From positions 5,886 through 69,885 of the forward strand of contig JAGVYS010000001.1 of NCBI GenBank assembly GCA_018303125.1: a stretch of DNA of 64,000 nucleotides. Direction: 5' to 3'. Shown piece after piece: positions 56,701-64,000 of this stretch. This DNA is from Candidatus Woesearchaeota archaeon (GTDB lineage Archaea; Nanobdellota; Nanobdellia; Woesearchaeales; WJIZ01). The first letter of the stretch is position 1. The number at the start of each line of letters is the position of its first letter. Position numbers and translations under genes: made by a program. Under the pieces are notes generated by a model that was given only the letters and a program-made list of their open reading frames with translations, was not told the DNA's origin and ran no database searches.

Positions 56701-57197
56701 TAAGGCCTGACCTAAGTGACGGCGCGGTTGATGAGATTAAGAAATATTACCTGAAAATGAGAAGCTCTTCATCTGGCGATAATGAGATAAAAGCCATCCC
56801 TATATCCGCAAGACAGCTTGAGGCACTTATCAGGATGTCTGAGGCCAATGCAAAGTTGAGGCTCGATACTAAAGTTACGAGAGAAGATTCCAAAAAGGCA
56901 ATAGACCTCATGCACTATTGCCTAAGCCAAGTCGGCCTTGACCCAGAAACTGGCCAGATTGATATAGACAGAATTTCAACAGGTATAACTGCATCAGAAA
57001 GGGGAAAAATATCATTGATAAAGGAGCTCATAACAGAACTCGAAGGCAGGTTAGGGAAGACGATACCACTTGAAAAATTGTCTGAGGCTGCCAAGGAAAA
57101 GGGAATTTCAGAAGAAGATGTCAATGATATAGTGGAAAAGCTAAAAAGGGCAGGAGACATATTTTCGCCACGCCCGGATATAATATCCAAGCTGTAA
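53784..57197 (+). CDS. mcm: MCM replicative helicase (extein 672 aa) interrupted by an intein in the Walker A P-loop
   Basis: C4 zinc finger CPGCG...CGCG; Walker A GDPGAGK|[intein]|S; Walker B CVDELDKM. Confidence 0.92.
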   Translation: MDVTEQIRRFTEFIDSFCKEQILARIKKDEKFLNLDFVELIRFEPELADIILEQPEEAIKAAETAVGHFDTLGDVSKFKARFCNVSLSHKVVIRNIRSKMLDKFLLLEGVVRQKSDVRPQVILAKFECPGCGNILSVLQLESKFREPTRCGCGRKGKFRPIDKEMVDAQGIVLEESADDLEGGEQPKRINLLLKNDLVSPMSEKKTNPGSRIRVGGILKEVPILAKDGGKLTRFDVMIDVNYVESIDEDFSSIEISDHESNEILKISRDPHLREKLINSVVPSIYGHERIKEAVLLLMAGGVRKTRDDGSVTRGDIHILLIGDPGAGKCVAGNTKIMLQNGEIVRIDDFSERAGIIEESKKIEATLLPTLFYNGKMNTGKAVRVWKRQCNEKLIKIITRSGKELNVTQDHPLFTVDSGFIISKKARDFSIGERIAAPRMIEISGEIQILSGFVYKKYSNNLKKLSYPVVLDKKLARFLGYLCGDGYISYSKTSGYASITNNDTYVLKDFSTLLQLLFRAEARFRQPNKSKSCCEVASYGKSLVDFVKFYFVSLVNLAAKKDIPEKVLRSPDDVLAEFIKGLFECDSHVNIKKRQIEFSSISKSLAENLQMCLLRFGVVSFFKTKEKYATNSKDKRKVKSYEIVIGGIFASDYVKKIGYISEKKRKQGEILLEKITYFNTNVDLIPNINSLLKCIRREHALYQRGMGVSRSCFAHLDHGDRLPSVETARKIVRHLKLNGYKSTLISLLEEIANAEIFWDEITSIIETPDESNYVYDLEVEGTHNYVANGIVIHNSQILKRVSKIAPKGRFVSGKGVSGAGLTASVVKDEFLSGWSLEAGALVLGNKGVVCVDELDKMNSEDRDAMHEALEGQQVTIAKANIQATLRAETTMLAAANPKFGRFDPYEVIPKQIDLPSTLINRFDLIFPVRDLPSGDKDEKLASFVLNLHQSPNMVSPDIDSVLLRKYFVYARQKIRPDLSDGAVDEIKKYYLKMRSSSSGDNEIKAIPISARQLEALIRMSEANAKLRLDTKVTREDSKKAIDLMHYCLSQVGLDPETGQIDIDRISTGITASERGKISLIKELITELEGRLGKTIPLEKLSEAAKEKGISEEDVNDIVEKLKRAGDIFSPRPDIISKL
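54768..56162 (+). mobile_element. Intein (465 aa) with LAGLIDADG homing-endonuclease domain inserted in the MCM P-loop
   Basis: Begins with Cys (CVAGNTKIML); block B TQDHPLFT; LAGLIDADG blocks LARFLGYLCGDGYIS and LAEFIKGLFECDSHV; ends YVYDLEVEGTHNYVANGIVIHN followed by the Ser of GAGKS. Confidence 0.85.
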
Positions 57198-57198
57198 A

Positions 57199-57813
57199 AT
57201 GGAAAATATAAAAGCCAGGGCAACTGCGTATATTGTTCCTATAAAAGCTATACACCAAGGGGAATTCGTGAAGGATGAAGGAGAATATGGATCGAGTTAT
57301 TTATCTGTAGACAAGAAAAAGATGTCAAGGGTAAATCTTATAGGGATCATAATATCCAAAGACCAATCAAATGACGCTTTCCTGCTGGATGATGGTGAAG
57401 ATAAGGTATCTATAAGGAATTTTGAATATGCCTTTGCATCCAGCGATTTAAAGGTGGGAGATGTTGTGCTTGTAATAGGCAGGATAAGGGATTTCGATGG
57501 TGACAGGTATATAATGCCGGAGATTGTGAAAGGAATTTCAAGTAAATGGCTTAAAGTCAGGAAGAAGGAGATAGGTTCATTTATGTGCGTTAAACCAATA
57601 GATAATAAGGAAGGCTATGCTGCTGAGACTGTTCCAGATGTCCATAAAAGGATAATTTCTTCTGTCAGGGAATTTGACCATGGAGAAGGCGCTCACCTTG
57701 GTGATGTGCTGGCCAATGTAAACATACCTGATTGTGAGAAGCTTATTGATGATATGCTAAAGGAAGGCGAATTGTTCGAGAACATGCCTGGCAAAATAAA
57801 AGTTCTGGATTAA
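57199..57813 (+). CDS. OB-fold nucleic-acid-binding protein with C-terminal winged helix (RPA32-like), hypothetical
   Basis: OB-like region LIGIIISKDQSNDAFLLDDGEDKVSIRNF...VGDVVLVIGRIRDFDGDRYI plus C-terminal wH; starts 2 nt after mcm. Confidence 0.4.
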   Translation: MENIKARATAYIVPIKAIHQGEFVKDEGEYGSSYLSVDKKKMSRVNLIGIIISKDQSNDAFLLDDGEDKVSIRNFEYAFASSDLKVGDVVLVIGRIRDFDGDRYIMPEIVKGISSKWLKVRKKEIGSFMCVKPIDNKEGYAAETVPDVHKRIISSVREFDHGEGAHLGDVLANVNIPDCEKLIDDMLKEGELFENMPGKIKVLD

Positions 57814-57822
57814 TGGATTAAG

Positions 57823-58584
57823 TCACGATAAAAGAGCAGGGTAAAGGTATATCTTAAAAACCGCACTAATGCTTAGGAAGCCAAGAGAGATGAAAAGAAG
57901 TTCTCCTGCTTCCATGAGTATCTTGTGTCTCTTACCGGCAAAGAAATGATTTCTTATGATTGCAACTGATATTATTCCGCCTGCAATTCCTCCATAAATA
58001 TACGCCAGTATCTCAGGCATGCCATAGATAAGATAGCTTGCTCCTGACCAAACTTGTCTTATGGCACTGCCTATTGCAGCTGCCAAAAGCGTCGCTCCCC
58101 ATACAACAAGAAATACGGCACCTGCACCATAAAAAAATGCAAAAATAATTCCAATAACAAGCACGCTCAGGCTTCCAAGAAAGGTGTTCAATAACAGTGT
58201 TTCTTCTGCTGTTCCTGATGCGATTGCTCCTGTTTCGTCGTTAAGTATTTCGCTGTGTATACCTGGCAGAAAAGAATACCAGATTATCCCAGATAGTATT
58301 ACACCGAGAAAAAGCAGGGAAAAGGATAATATAGCGTTGCCATGCTCATGTGAAATGCTCTCATGCATGCTGCTTGCTTTTGGCACATTCCATTTCTCAA
58401 TTGCTTTGTATGCGATGGCAGAGCAAAACAAGGTTGTAAGGATTGCAATAGAGATTCCTGCATAGCTTCTGAAAAGAAGGAGGGAGATGGCAACTGCAGC
58501 ACTATTACATGCAAAGCCAAGCAATGCAGTCTTTAAAGAGGATTCTGATGCGTTAAAATGACTGAATAACGAAACAAGTGCCAT
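57823..58584 (-). CDS. Integral membrane protein (6 TM, SpoIIM/DUF95-like), hypothetical
   Basis: Hydrophobicity pattern only. Confidence 0.4.
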   Translation of the reverse strand: MALVSLFSHFNASESSLKTALLGFACNSAAVAISLLLFRSYAGISIAILTTLFCSAIAYKAIEKWNVPKASSMHESISHEHGNAILSFSLLFLGVILSGIIWYSFLPGIHSEILNDETGAIASGTAEETLLLNTFLGSLSVLVIGIIFAFFYGAGAVFLVVWGATLLAAAIGSAIRQVWSGASYLIYGMPEILAYIYGGIAGGIISVAIIRNHFFAGKRHKILMEAGELLFISLGFLSISAVFKIYLYPALLS

Positions 58585-58782
58585 ACCCTACCTTCCTTAA
58601 GAGGATATTTAAGCTTTGCGCGTTACTCATTAACGAAGTGCCGCATTGCTCCAACTGTCTTTATAGGGGCACCCTAGGCATATCCAAAATTGAAATCCCT
58701 GCTTAGGTAGACTGATGTTGTGCTTGAAGGTGCATTCCCGGGAACAATCCCTGAAAAATGAACAGGAATTAATCCAAGCCCG

Positions 58783-59400
58783 CTATTTTGCAATGTTGCT
58801 GCTGCATCTACATGGCCAGTCAGAATTATCAAGTATTATAAATCCTTTAGGCGCAAGCCTTGCAAGAGCCTGTTCTGCCATCTTCCTCCTGTTGAAATTT
58901 CCATCAACAAACACCACATCATATTTTCCACTACTTTCAAATATTGAATTGACATAGGGTTGTTCTGTCTCTCGTAGGAGAAGCTTGGCCTCAAGGTTGC
59001 TGGTTGTAAGAGATTGTGTTACGTTAGTATACCAGGCCATATTATTCTCAACACTTGTTACAGCCATTCCTCTCCTTGCCCAATAAAGAGTTGAAGTTCC
59101 TGAACCATACTCAAAAATAGTTTTCCCACTCAGAACAAGGTTATCAAGAAAAGCAATGGCAGGGTAAGTTATCCATGGTATTGGTTCGCCTTTTCCATCA
59201 ACAGCCACAGAATTTCTTGCTGAAGCGACAAATCCAGAATTGATAAGAATATGTAGTACTGACCTAAGATTTGGAGTTTTTAATGCTTCAAGAAGTACTG
59301 CATGCTTACCCTCATCAACCATTTTGCCACCCTCCAGAAAGGTTTCCAAAGTTGTGGCTAAAGGTTCTATTGTGTCCACGCCCAATCCATCTAAGTTCAT
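58783..59400 (-). CDS. Putative class I SAM-dependent methyltransferase
   Basis: Motif I-like IFEYGSGTSTLYW and acidic-loop YDVVFVDG; start set at MNLDG (59400) preceded by a TATA ~25 nt upstream; the ORF track extends to 59541, which would overlap aIF2-beta. Confidence 0.4.
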   Translation of the reverse strand: MNLDGLGVDTIEPLATTLETFLEGGKMVDEGKHAVLLEALKTPNLRSVLHILINSGFVASARNSVAVDGKGEPIPWITYPAIAFLDNLVLSGKTIFEYGSGTSTLYWARRGMAVTSVENNMAWYTNVTQSLTTSNLEAKLLLRETEQPYVNSIFESSGKYDVVFVDGNFNRRKMAEQALARLAPKGFIILDNSDWPCRCSSNIAK

Positions 59401-59495
59401 AATTCCGATAGTAGTTAGGCTGACTTTATAAATAATGGCGCATATATTTTCAGCACCAACATAATTTATAAACATGCCCTCGCCCCAAAGGCAAA

Positions 59496-59903
59496 ATGGA
59501 CTACCTAGAATTATTGAAAAGCGCAAGGGAGAGCTTGCCAAAGGCCGCGTTCGAGAAACAGAGATTCGAGATACCTATTGCACGGGGCCACATACAGGGC
59601 AACATGACAGTAATAAGCAATTTCAGGCAGATTGCTGACTCCCTTGGAAGGCCACCCGAGCATCTTCTCAAATTCATACTGAAAGAGCTTGCTGCGCCCG
59701 GTGACCTCAAGCCAAAGGGCCTGCTTATTGGAACAAAAGTGCCTGCATCAAAGGTCAATGAAAAAGTCAGACAGTATGCACAGGAATATGTTCTATGCCA
59801 TGATTGTGGTAAGCCAGACACAAAGATAGAGAAAGATGGCCAGCTTGCTTTCCTAAAATGCTCGGCATGTGGTGCAAGGCATCCTGTTAAGTCGAAGATA
59901 TGA
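59496..59903 (+). CDS. eif2b: Translation initiation factor 2 beta subunit (aIF2-beta)
   Basis: eIF2-beta/eIF5 core with C-terminal C4 zinc ribbon CHDCGKPDT...CSACG. Confidence 0.9.
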   Translation: MDYLELLKSARESLPKAAFEKQRFEIPIARGHIQGNMTVISNFRQIADSLGRPPEHLLKFILKELAAPGDLKPKGLLIGTKVPASKVNEKVRQYAQEYVLCHDCGKPDTKIEKDGQLAFLKCSACGARHPVKSKI

Positions 59904-60193
59904 TTGCAAAAAAACATTTTTATGGCGGAAGGATGGTTCTTGCATTGTGTGATTCTTCTCTCCTAGGGAAAAAGTTCGAGGAAGGGAAATTGCGGCTTGA
60001 TTTGTCTGGTGGATTTTACAGGGGAGAGGAAGTATCAGAAAAGATGCTTGAATCTATGGTTAGCCGCGCTTATATTTTGAACGCAGTAGGTGAAGAATCC
60101 GTGGTCTGGATTATTACTCGCAGGCTTGCAAAAAAGGATGACATCAAGCGTATAAGTGATGTGCCGCACGTACAAATAATTATAAATCAATGA
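59900..60193 (+). CDS. DUF424-family protein (conserved archaeal neighbour of aIF2-beta)
   Basis: MIAKKHFYGGRMVLALCDSSLLGKKFEEGKLRLD... matches the DUF424 N-terminal pattern; 4-nt overlap with the aIF2-beta gene. Confidence 0.55.
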   Translation: MIAKKHFYGGRMVLALCDSSLLGKKFEEGKLRLDLSGGFYRGEEVSEKMLESMVSRAYILNAVGEESVVWIITRRLAKKDDIKRISDVPHVQIIINQ

Positions 60194-60200
60194 TAACCTT

Positions 60201-63200
60201 TCAAAACCATGCCTTGAGAGCCTCTTGTCTTTCCTTATCCCTGCCAAAAATGCTTTCAATGCTTTCCTGGGTTATCTCAAGATTCTGCTTTAGGTAATTA
60301 GGCAAGTTATATTTCTTCGCCATGTCCAAGGCAGGCTGGAGATATTTAACTATTGAGCCCTCTGAAACAGTGAAGAGCAGCCTGCCCTTGCACTTCAGGC
60401 ATTTTCCTGCAAGAGGCGGCCTCCTGTACTTCTCATTGCAACTAACGCATCTGAACTGCTGTTGGGAAAATTTTCTTAAGTTTCCCTTTATGTCGCGCAT
60501 AAAATGCTTCTCTATGACTATCTTCGCCACTTCCTGCTCGTCCACTGCCCGTATCTTGTGCGCTATCTGCATCTGGCCGAAAAGTTTCTGTTCCATTGTT
60601 GGCAAAAGCTTGTAGGCAGAGCACCTCACTCCCATGTTTATGTCTTCCGTATCATGAGTGAATAAGGAACCTTCATACTGTCCTTCTGTGTTGAGCCGGC
60701 TCTTAAGCTGTTCAATTCTTATTTCCCAGGGAAATTTATACTCCAGACAGGCATTGTAGAATTCAACTGGATATTGGCTACATATGTCCATATCAAATAC
60801 CATGTCATCTACTTCAGAAGGTATGAGCTTTGATGTAAGGACAAGGGGTGCATCCTGGGTTGCTCCTCTTGAATTAGGCAAGTATTGCCTTGAGAAATTT
60901 AACAAGGCATCAGCAAGCAGAGTCACGCATGCCTCATCACCATCGCAATCCCTCCTTGTGGCAGCATGCAGCATTGGGTGAGCATAGAATCCCTGAGTGG
61001 CAGAGAACCCTATTATCCTGCCGATTATTCCGGCTGATGTATGCGGTGCCAAAGCTACGATAAGGTGTCCAACCAGATCTTCTTTTGATTTCAGGCCATA
61101 GTAAGGCTTCAGTAAATATAGTCTTTTAAGTAAGTCATCTATGAACAGAGAAACCCTGAAAAGTATCTCGTCAGATCCTTTGTCAGGAGATTCATTGCAT
61201 GCAGGTAATATAACATCCTGAGGCATTAACTCTATAATTTGGCTATCATCTGCAAGGTCATTGCCTGCTATGTCTTTACTATACCCCATCTCTTTCAGTC
61301 TTTCTATGCTGGTGCCTATCTCCCTCGGCTTGAAATGAGTTATGGCAAGTTGGGTCATGTCATATCTTGTCGTGCCATCCTTGTTAACCGGAATGTCGTG
61401 AACTGCCCTCAATATCCCCTTGGCCAAGTGCTCCATTGCGTGGCTTTTGTTTGATGTTCCTTTTACTCCCTTAACAAGTTCAGGAGGCATTTTCAGCTTG
61501 AGATTTTTTAAAACGTCCGTATATAACTCAGGTATATTTATTCCTCTGGATGAATAAGGCACTGTGTCTTTCTGCTCCTCCTGAAACCACCCTCTCTGCT
61601 TGGAGTAGAACTGCTTCTTTGTTCTCTGGCCGCATTTCTCGCAAACTCCAAGTACAGTATCATTGCCGCATGCTTGGCACAAATACCTGGGAAAATCAGA
61701 GGTTACGCTGCCTGAACTAATTGCCTCCTGGAACGACCTAAGCCTGCCGCCTTCTGTACCGACAGGAAATAGGCAATGTGGCTGCCCATCAAGTTTCCTT
61801 ACTTTGGCTTTTTCAGGCCTGCCCATCCTCGCGCCTATGAATGTGCCACACCTGTCCCTAATTCCCACTCCCATTAATTTGCTTATGTCCGATAGTAAGC
61901 TTTCAGATGAGAACAAAGGCTGGCTTTTTCTGTATCCGGATAAAAGAGCCGCTATTATTATTGAATCATTTTGGCCAATAACCACATACTCATTAGCTGT
62001 CACAGAATGTGGCACACCGAGTAGTTCCAGCAATATCTTTTCCGGCTTTGATATCCCTATTACGATTTTTTGTAGCTTGCTTCCTTCATAAATTTCCTTG
62101 CCGGTAAGAAGCCATGAGAAAAGTGTCGGGATTTCATTTAGTGGAACTGAATTCCAATAATATGTGTATCTTGGGTGTAATGGAACAGAAAGCGATTTTG
62201 ACATTAACAGTGCTTCGTCTCCCTTTATGCTCGGATTATGTGTTTCCTTAAAAATCTCAAGTATCCTTTCATGCTCTATGCCAGTTGATGCTGAAAAGGA
62301 TGAAAAGTCCAAAGAGCCATATTTATTCTCTATGGCATTCTTGGCTTCCTGAGCCCACCATTCCTCACAATATCCTGGAGGCACCAAAGGATGAGCCCTG
62401 TTGAAAAAGTCTCCATAATTGAAAAGTATGTCGCCTAGATAGACTATTTCTTCCACGCTGCTGGAAATCCTTTTCGCTTCAACAACAGTGTTTATTCTTA
62501 CCAAGCTCCCATCATTCAGCCTGACAAGCGGCCCCTCAATGCTACTGCATGTTGATATTGATGTTGCCTTACCAGGCCGCTCAACTTTAAGTTGCGTACC
62601 TATCGCTATGTATTTGTCCAGAATATAAGTAAGTGCAGGATTTATCCCCCCGGATGAAAGCCCCGTATTCCTGCATCTCCCGTATCTTAGCCTGAATCCG
62701 CCGTTTCTAAGTGGAAAACCGAGTATCGGCCTGCCGGCCACAAGATCCTTTATATACGTGTAATCGGGCTGAAGTTTTGAATCCTTCCCTTCTACCTTCT
62801 TCGCTTTTTTCAGTTTCTGGAGTTTGACAAAATCTGAAAGGAATTTCCATTGTGACATATCAAATTCATTGCCCCATTCATCAATCTGCTTCCATATTTT
62901 TTGGGCTTTTTGGCAGAGGCATTCACCCATAACCAGGCAATATCCGCTCCTTATTAGGTTGGTGTTTATCCTTGGGATATCCTTGTAATTGCTCACTTCC
63001 AATTCCTCTGATGGGTCTCCATCAATCTGCACTGGAAGATGTTTGGCCATGAAGATTATTTCCTCTTCACTAGGAAGATATTGCAAATTGGTTATTCTGT
63101 CATGGTAATCATAAAGCTCAGATACTCCTCTCCTGGCCTCATCGTCTGTCGGGTCATATTCATCATACCCCATCTTTTTCCTTACATAGTCGGCCACTAA

Positions 63201-63713
63201 AACAGAAACCGCTGCAGCTGTTCCGCCTGCCGACCTTATTGGTCCGGAGTACATAAGGCAGAAATATTCTTTGCCGTTGTCAAATCTTTTCTTCAGCTTC
63301 AGTTCAACAAACCCTTCTAATGGAGAAGCAACAACTCCAAGGGTTAGGTATGCCAACCCTATTCTTATGCCTGTTTCGATTGCCTTCATCTTTGATTCAA
63401 ATTTGCAGAATTTTTCTTCGGCTGTTTCCAAAGCAATTGCAAGGGCCACTTTCCAGCTAAGCTTCCCAAATTTTTCCTCAAGTTCGTTTATCCTGGTTGA
63501 TATGCCTGAGCCCTTCACTTTAGGCTCGACAACTGCTATAAGCCCCTCTACCCTTTCCGCCATGTTCTTGGCAAGCGGCATTGAAACATCGTCCTCTGGA
63601 TCATATCCTTTCTTCCTTGCCTCTGAGCATATGGCATACGCCCTGGTTACTTCATCATCTATTATTGAGAAATACTTCTCCATCCTTTCGCTTGCGGATT
63701 TTGTCATGTTCAT
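60201..63713 (-). CDS. polD2: DNA polymerase II (PolD) large subunit DP2, intein-free
   Basis: 1170 aa with DP2 signature regions and zinc fingers; 4-nt overlap with the DP1 gene. Confidence 0.92.
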   Translation of the reverse strand: MNMTKSASERMEKYFSIIDDEVTRAYAICSEARKKGYDPEDDVSMPLAKNMAERVEGLIAVVEPKVKGSGISTRINELEEKFGKLSWKVALAIALETAEEKFCKFESKMKAIETGIRIGLAYLTLGVVASPLEGFVELKLKKRFDNGKEYFCLMYSGPIRSAGGTAAAVSVLVADYVRKKMGYDEYDPTDDEARRGVSELYDYHDRITNLQYLPSEEEIIFMAKHLPVQIDGDPSEELEVSNYKDIPRINTNLIRSGYCLVMGECLCQKAQKIWKQIDEWGNEFDMSQWKFLSDFVKLQKLKKAKKVEGKDSKLQPDYTYIKDLVAGRPILGFPLRNGGFRLRYGRCRNTGLSSGGINPALTYILDKYIAIGTQLKVERPGKATSISTCSSIEGPLVRLNDGSLVRINTVVEAKRISSSVEEIVYLGDILFNYGDFFNRAHPLVPPGYCEEWWAQEAKNAIENKYGSLDFSSFSASTGIEHERILEIFKETHNPSIKGDEALLMSKSLSVPLHPRYTYYWNSVPLNEIPTLFSWLLTGKEIYEGSKLQKIVIGISKPEKILLELLGVPHSVTANEYVVIGQNDSIIIAALLSGYRKSQPLFSSESLLSDISKLMGVGIRDRCGTFIGARMGRPEKAKVRKLDGQPHCLFPVGTEGGRLRSFQEAISSGSVTSDFPRYLCQACGNDTVLGVCEKCGQRTKKQFYSKQRGWFQEEQKDTVPYSSRGINIPELYTDVLKNLKLKMPPELVKGVKGTSNKSHAMEHLAKGILRAVHDIPVNKDGTTRYDMTQLAITHFKPREIGTSIERLKEMGYSKDIAGNDLADDSQIIELMPQDVILPACNESPDKGSDEILFRVSLFIDDLLKRLYLLKPYYGLKSKEDLVGHLIVALAPHTSAGIIGRIIGFSATQGFYAHPMLHAATRRDCDGDEACVTLLADALLNFSRQYLPNSRGATQDAPLVLTSKLIPSEVDDMVFDMDICSQYPVEFYNACLEYKFPWEIRIEQLKSRLNTEGQYEGSLFTHDTEDINMGVRCSAYKLLPTMEQKLFGQMQIAHKIRAVDEQEVAKIVIEKHFMRDIKGNLRKFSQQQFRCVSCNEKYRRPPLAGKCLKCKGRLLFTVSEGSIVKYLQPALDMAKKYNLPNYLKQNLEITQESIESIFGRDKERQEALKAWF

Positions 63714-64000
63714 TTACCAAATTTCAGTATCTTTACCTGCCTTGTCGCAAGGTTCACTGCAGGGACCCTACTAGGCTCAGGATGGTGCCCTACTTTCTCC
63801 TGAAAGGCTGTTGTGCTTTGCCAGCAGCTTGCACAAATCAAGGTGATCCCCCTGTAATTTGAGACAGCAGACTTATGTATGTGGCCTGAAACAAAGAAAT
63901 CCGGCACCTTGTCTATAACTAGGGAATCAGGGGACATTGGCATGTAAGGGGTCGAGGTATGAGTTGGCGCAAGATGCCTTCTTTTCAGGAGGTATTTCAT
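63710..64000 (-). CDS. polD1: DNA polymerase II (PolD) small subunit DP1, C-terminal end only (gene continues past the window)
   Basis: Calcineurin-like phosphoesterase C-terminal motifs (FFVSGHIHKS); overlaps the DP2 start. Confidence 0.8.
   Translation of the reverse strand: MKYLLKRRHLAPTHTSTPYMPMSPDSLVIDKVPDFFVSGHIHKSAVSNYRGITLICASCWQSTTAFQEKVGHHPEPSRVPAVNLATRQVKILKFGK

Noticed and set aside
58585-58782. 198-nt intergenic region scanned for a tRNA or small RNA
   Set aside because: No cloverleaf found: no acceptor/T-arm complementarity and no GTTC-like T-loop. Only weak imperfect stems such as CCTAGGCA/TGCTTAGG.
58715-58957. 80-aa plus-strand ORF spanning the 58.6-58.8 kb intergenic region
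   Set aside because: No start context, overlaps the 3' end of the methyltransferase gene, and no recognisable features; the region more likely holds the promoter of the downstream membrane-protein gene.
1-64000. Scan for a CRISPR array, tRNA or rRNA, or transposase/IS element
   Set aside because: No regularly spaced direct repeats were seen, and no transposase, integrase or tRNA-like structure in any intergenic spacer. The only mobile element is the MCM intein.

Overview
This 64-kb window is a low-GC, lysine-rich archaeal genome segment, probably euryarchaeal because it encodes the PolD polymerase, PAN, TBP and MCM. Coding density is above 90%, and I could support no tRNA, rRNA or CRISPR feature. 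The main blocks, in order:

- 1-11.9 kb (+ strand): the conserved ribosomal-protein super-operon. It runs S19, L22, S3, L29, SUI1, RNase P Rpp29, S17, L14, L24, S4e, L5, S14, S8, L6, L32e, L19e, L18, S5, L30, L15, SecY, a DUF106 YidC-like insertase, L34e, L14e. It lacks the usual adk and cmk genes, carries K/E-rich tails on several r-proteins, and ends with a small 4-OT-family tautomerase gene that the ORF track missed.
- 12.1-24.2 kb (- strand): a tightly overlapping aromatic amino-acid super-operon. It encodes the FL-domain DAHP synthase, aroB, a fused aroD-aroE, a bacterial-type aroK, aroC, aroA, tyrA, pheA, pheS and pheT, headed by a TrmB-family regulator.
- 24.4-27.4 kb (- strand): acetyl-CoA synthetase and pelota.
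- 27.5-34.4 kb (+ strand): the best candidate for a novel system. Five consecutive genes encode only envelope proteins with no domain I recognise: a signal-anchored protein with three internal repeats, an 877-aa polytopic membrane protein with a large Cys-rich ectodomain, and three tandem paralogous lipoproteins.
- 34.4-50.3 kb: RFC small subunit, a PRC barrel protein, TyrRS with an unusual HIAQ motif and a roughly 85-aa insertion, a peptidase cluster (M16, M24 and two M29-like), a MATE transporter, PAN, Trm5, FEN1, EndA, RNase Z and Hjc.
- 50.4-64.0 kb: a second TrmB paralog divergent from a Geobacter-type citramalate synthase, TBP, an MCM helicase interrupted by a 465-aa LAGLIDADG intein in its P-loop, an OB-fold plus winged-helix protein, aIF2-beta with a DUF424 protein, and PolD DP2 with the 3' end of DP1.
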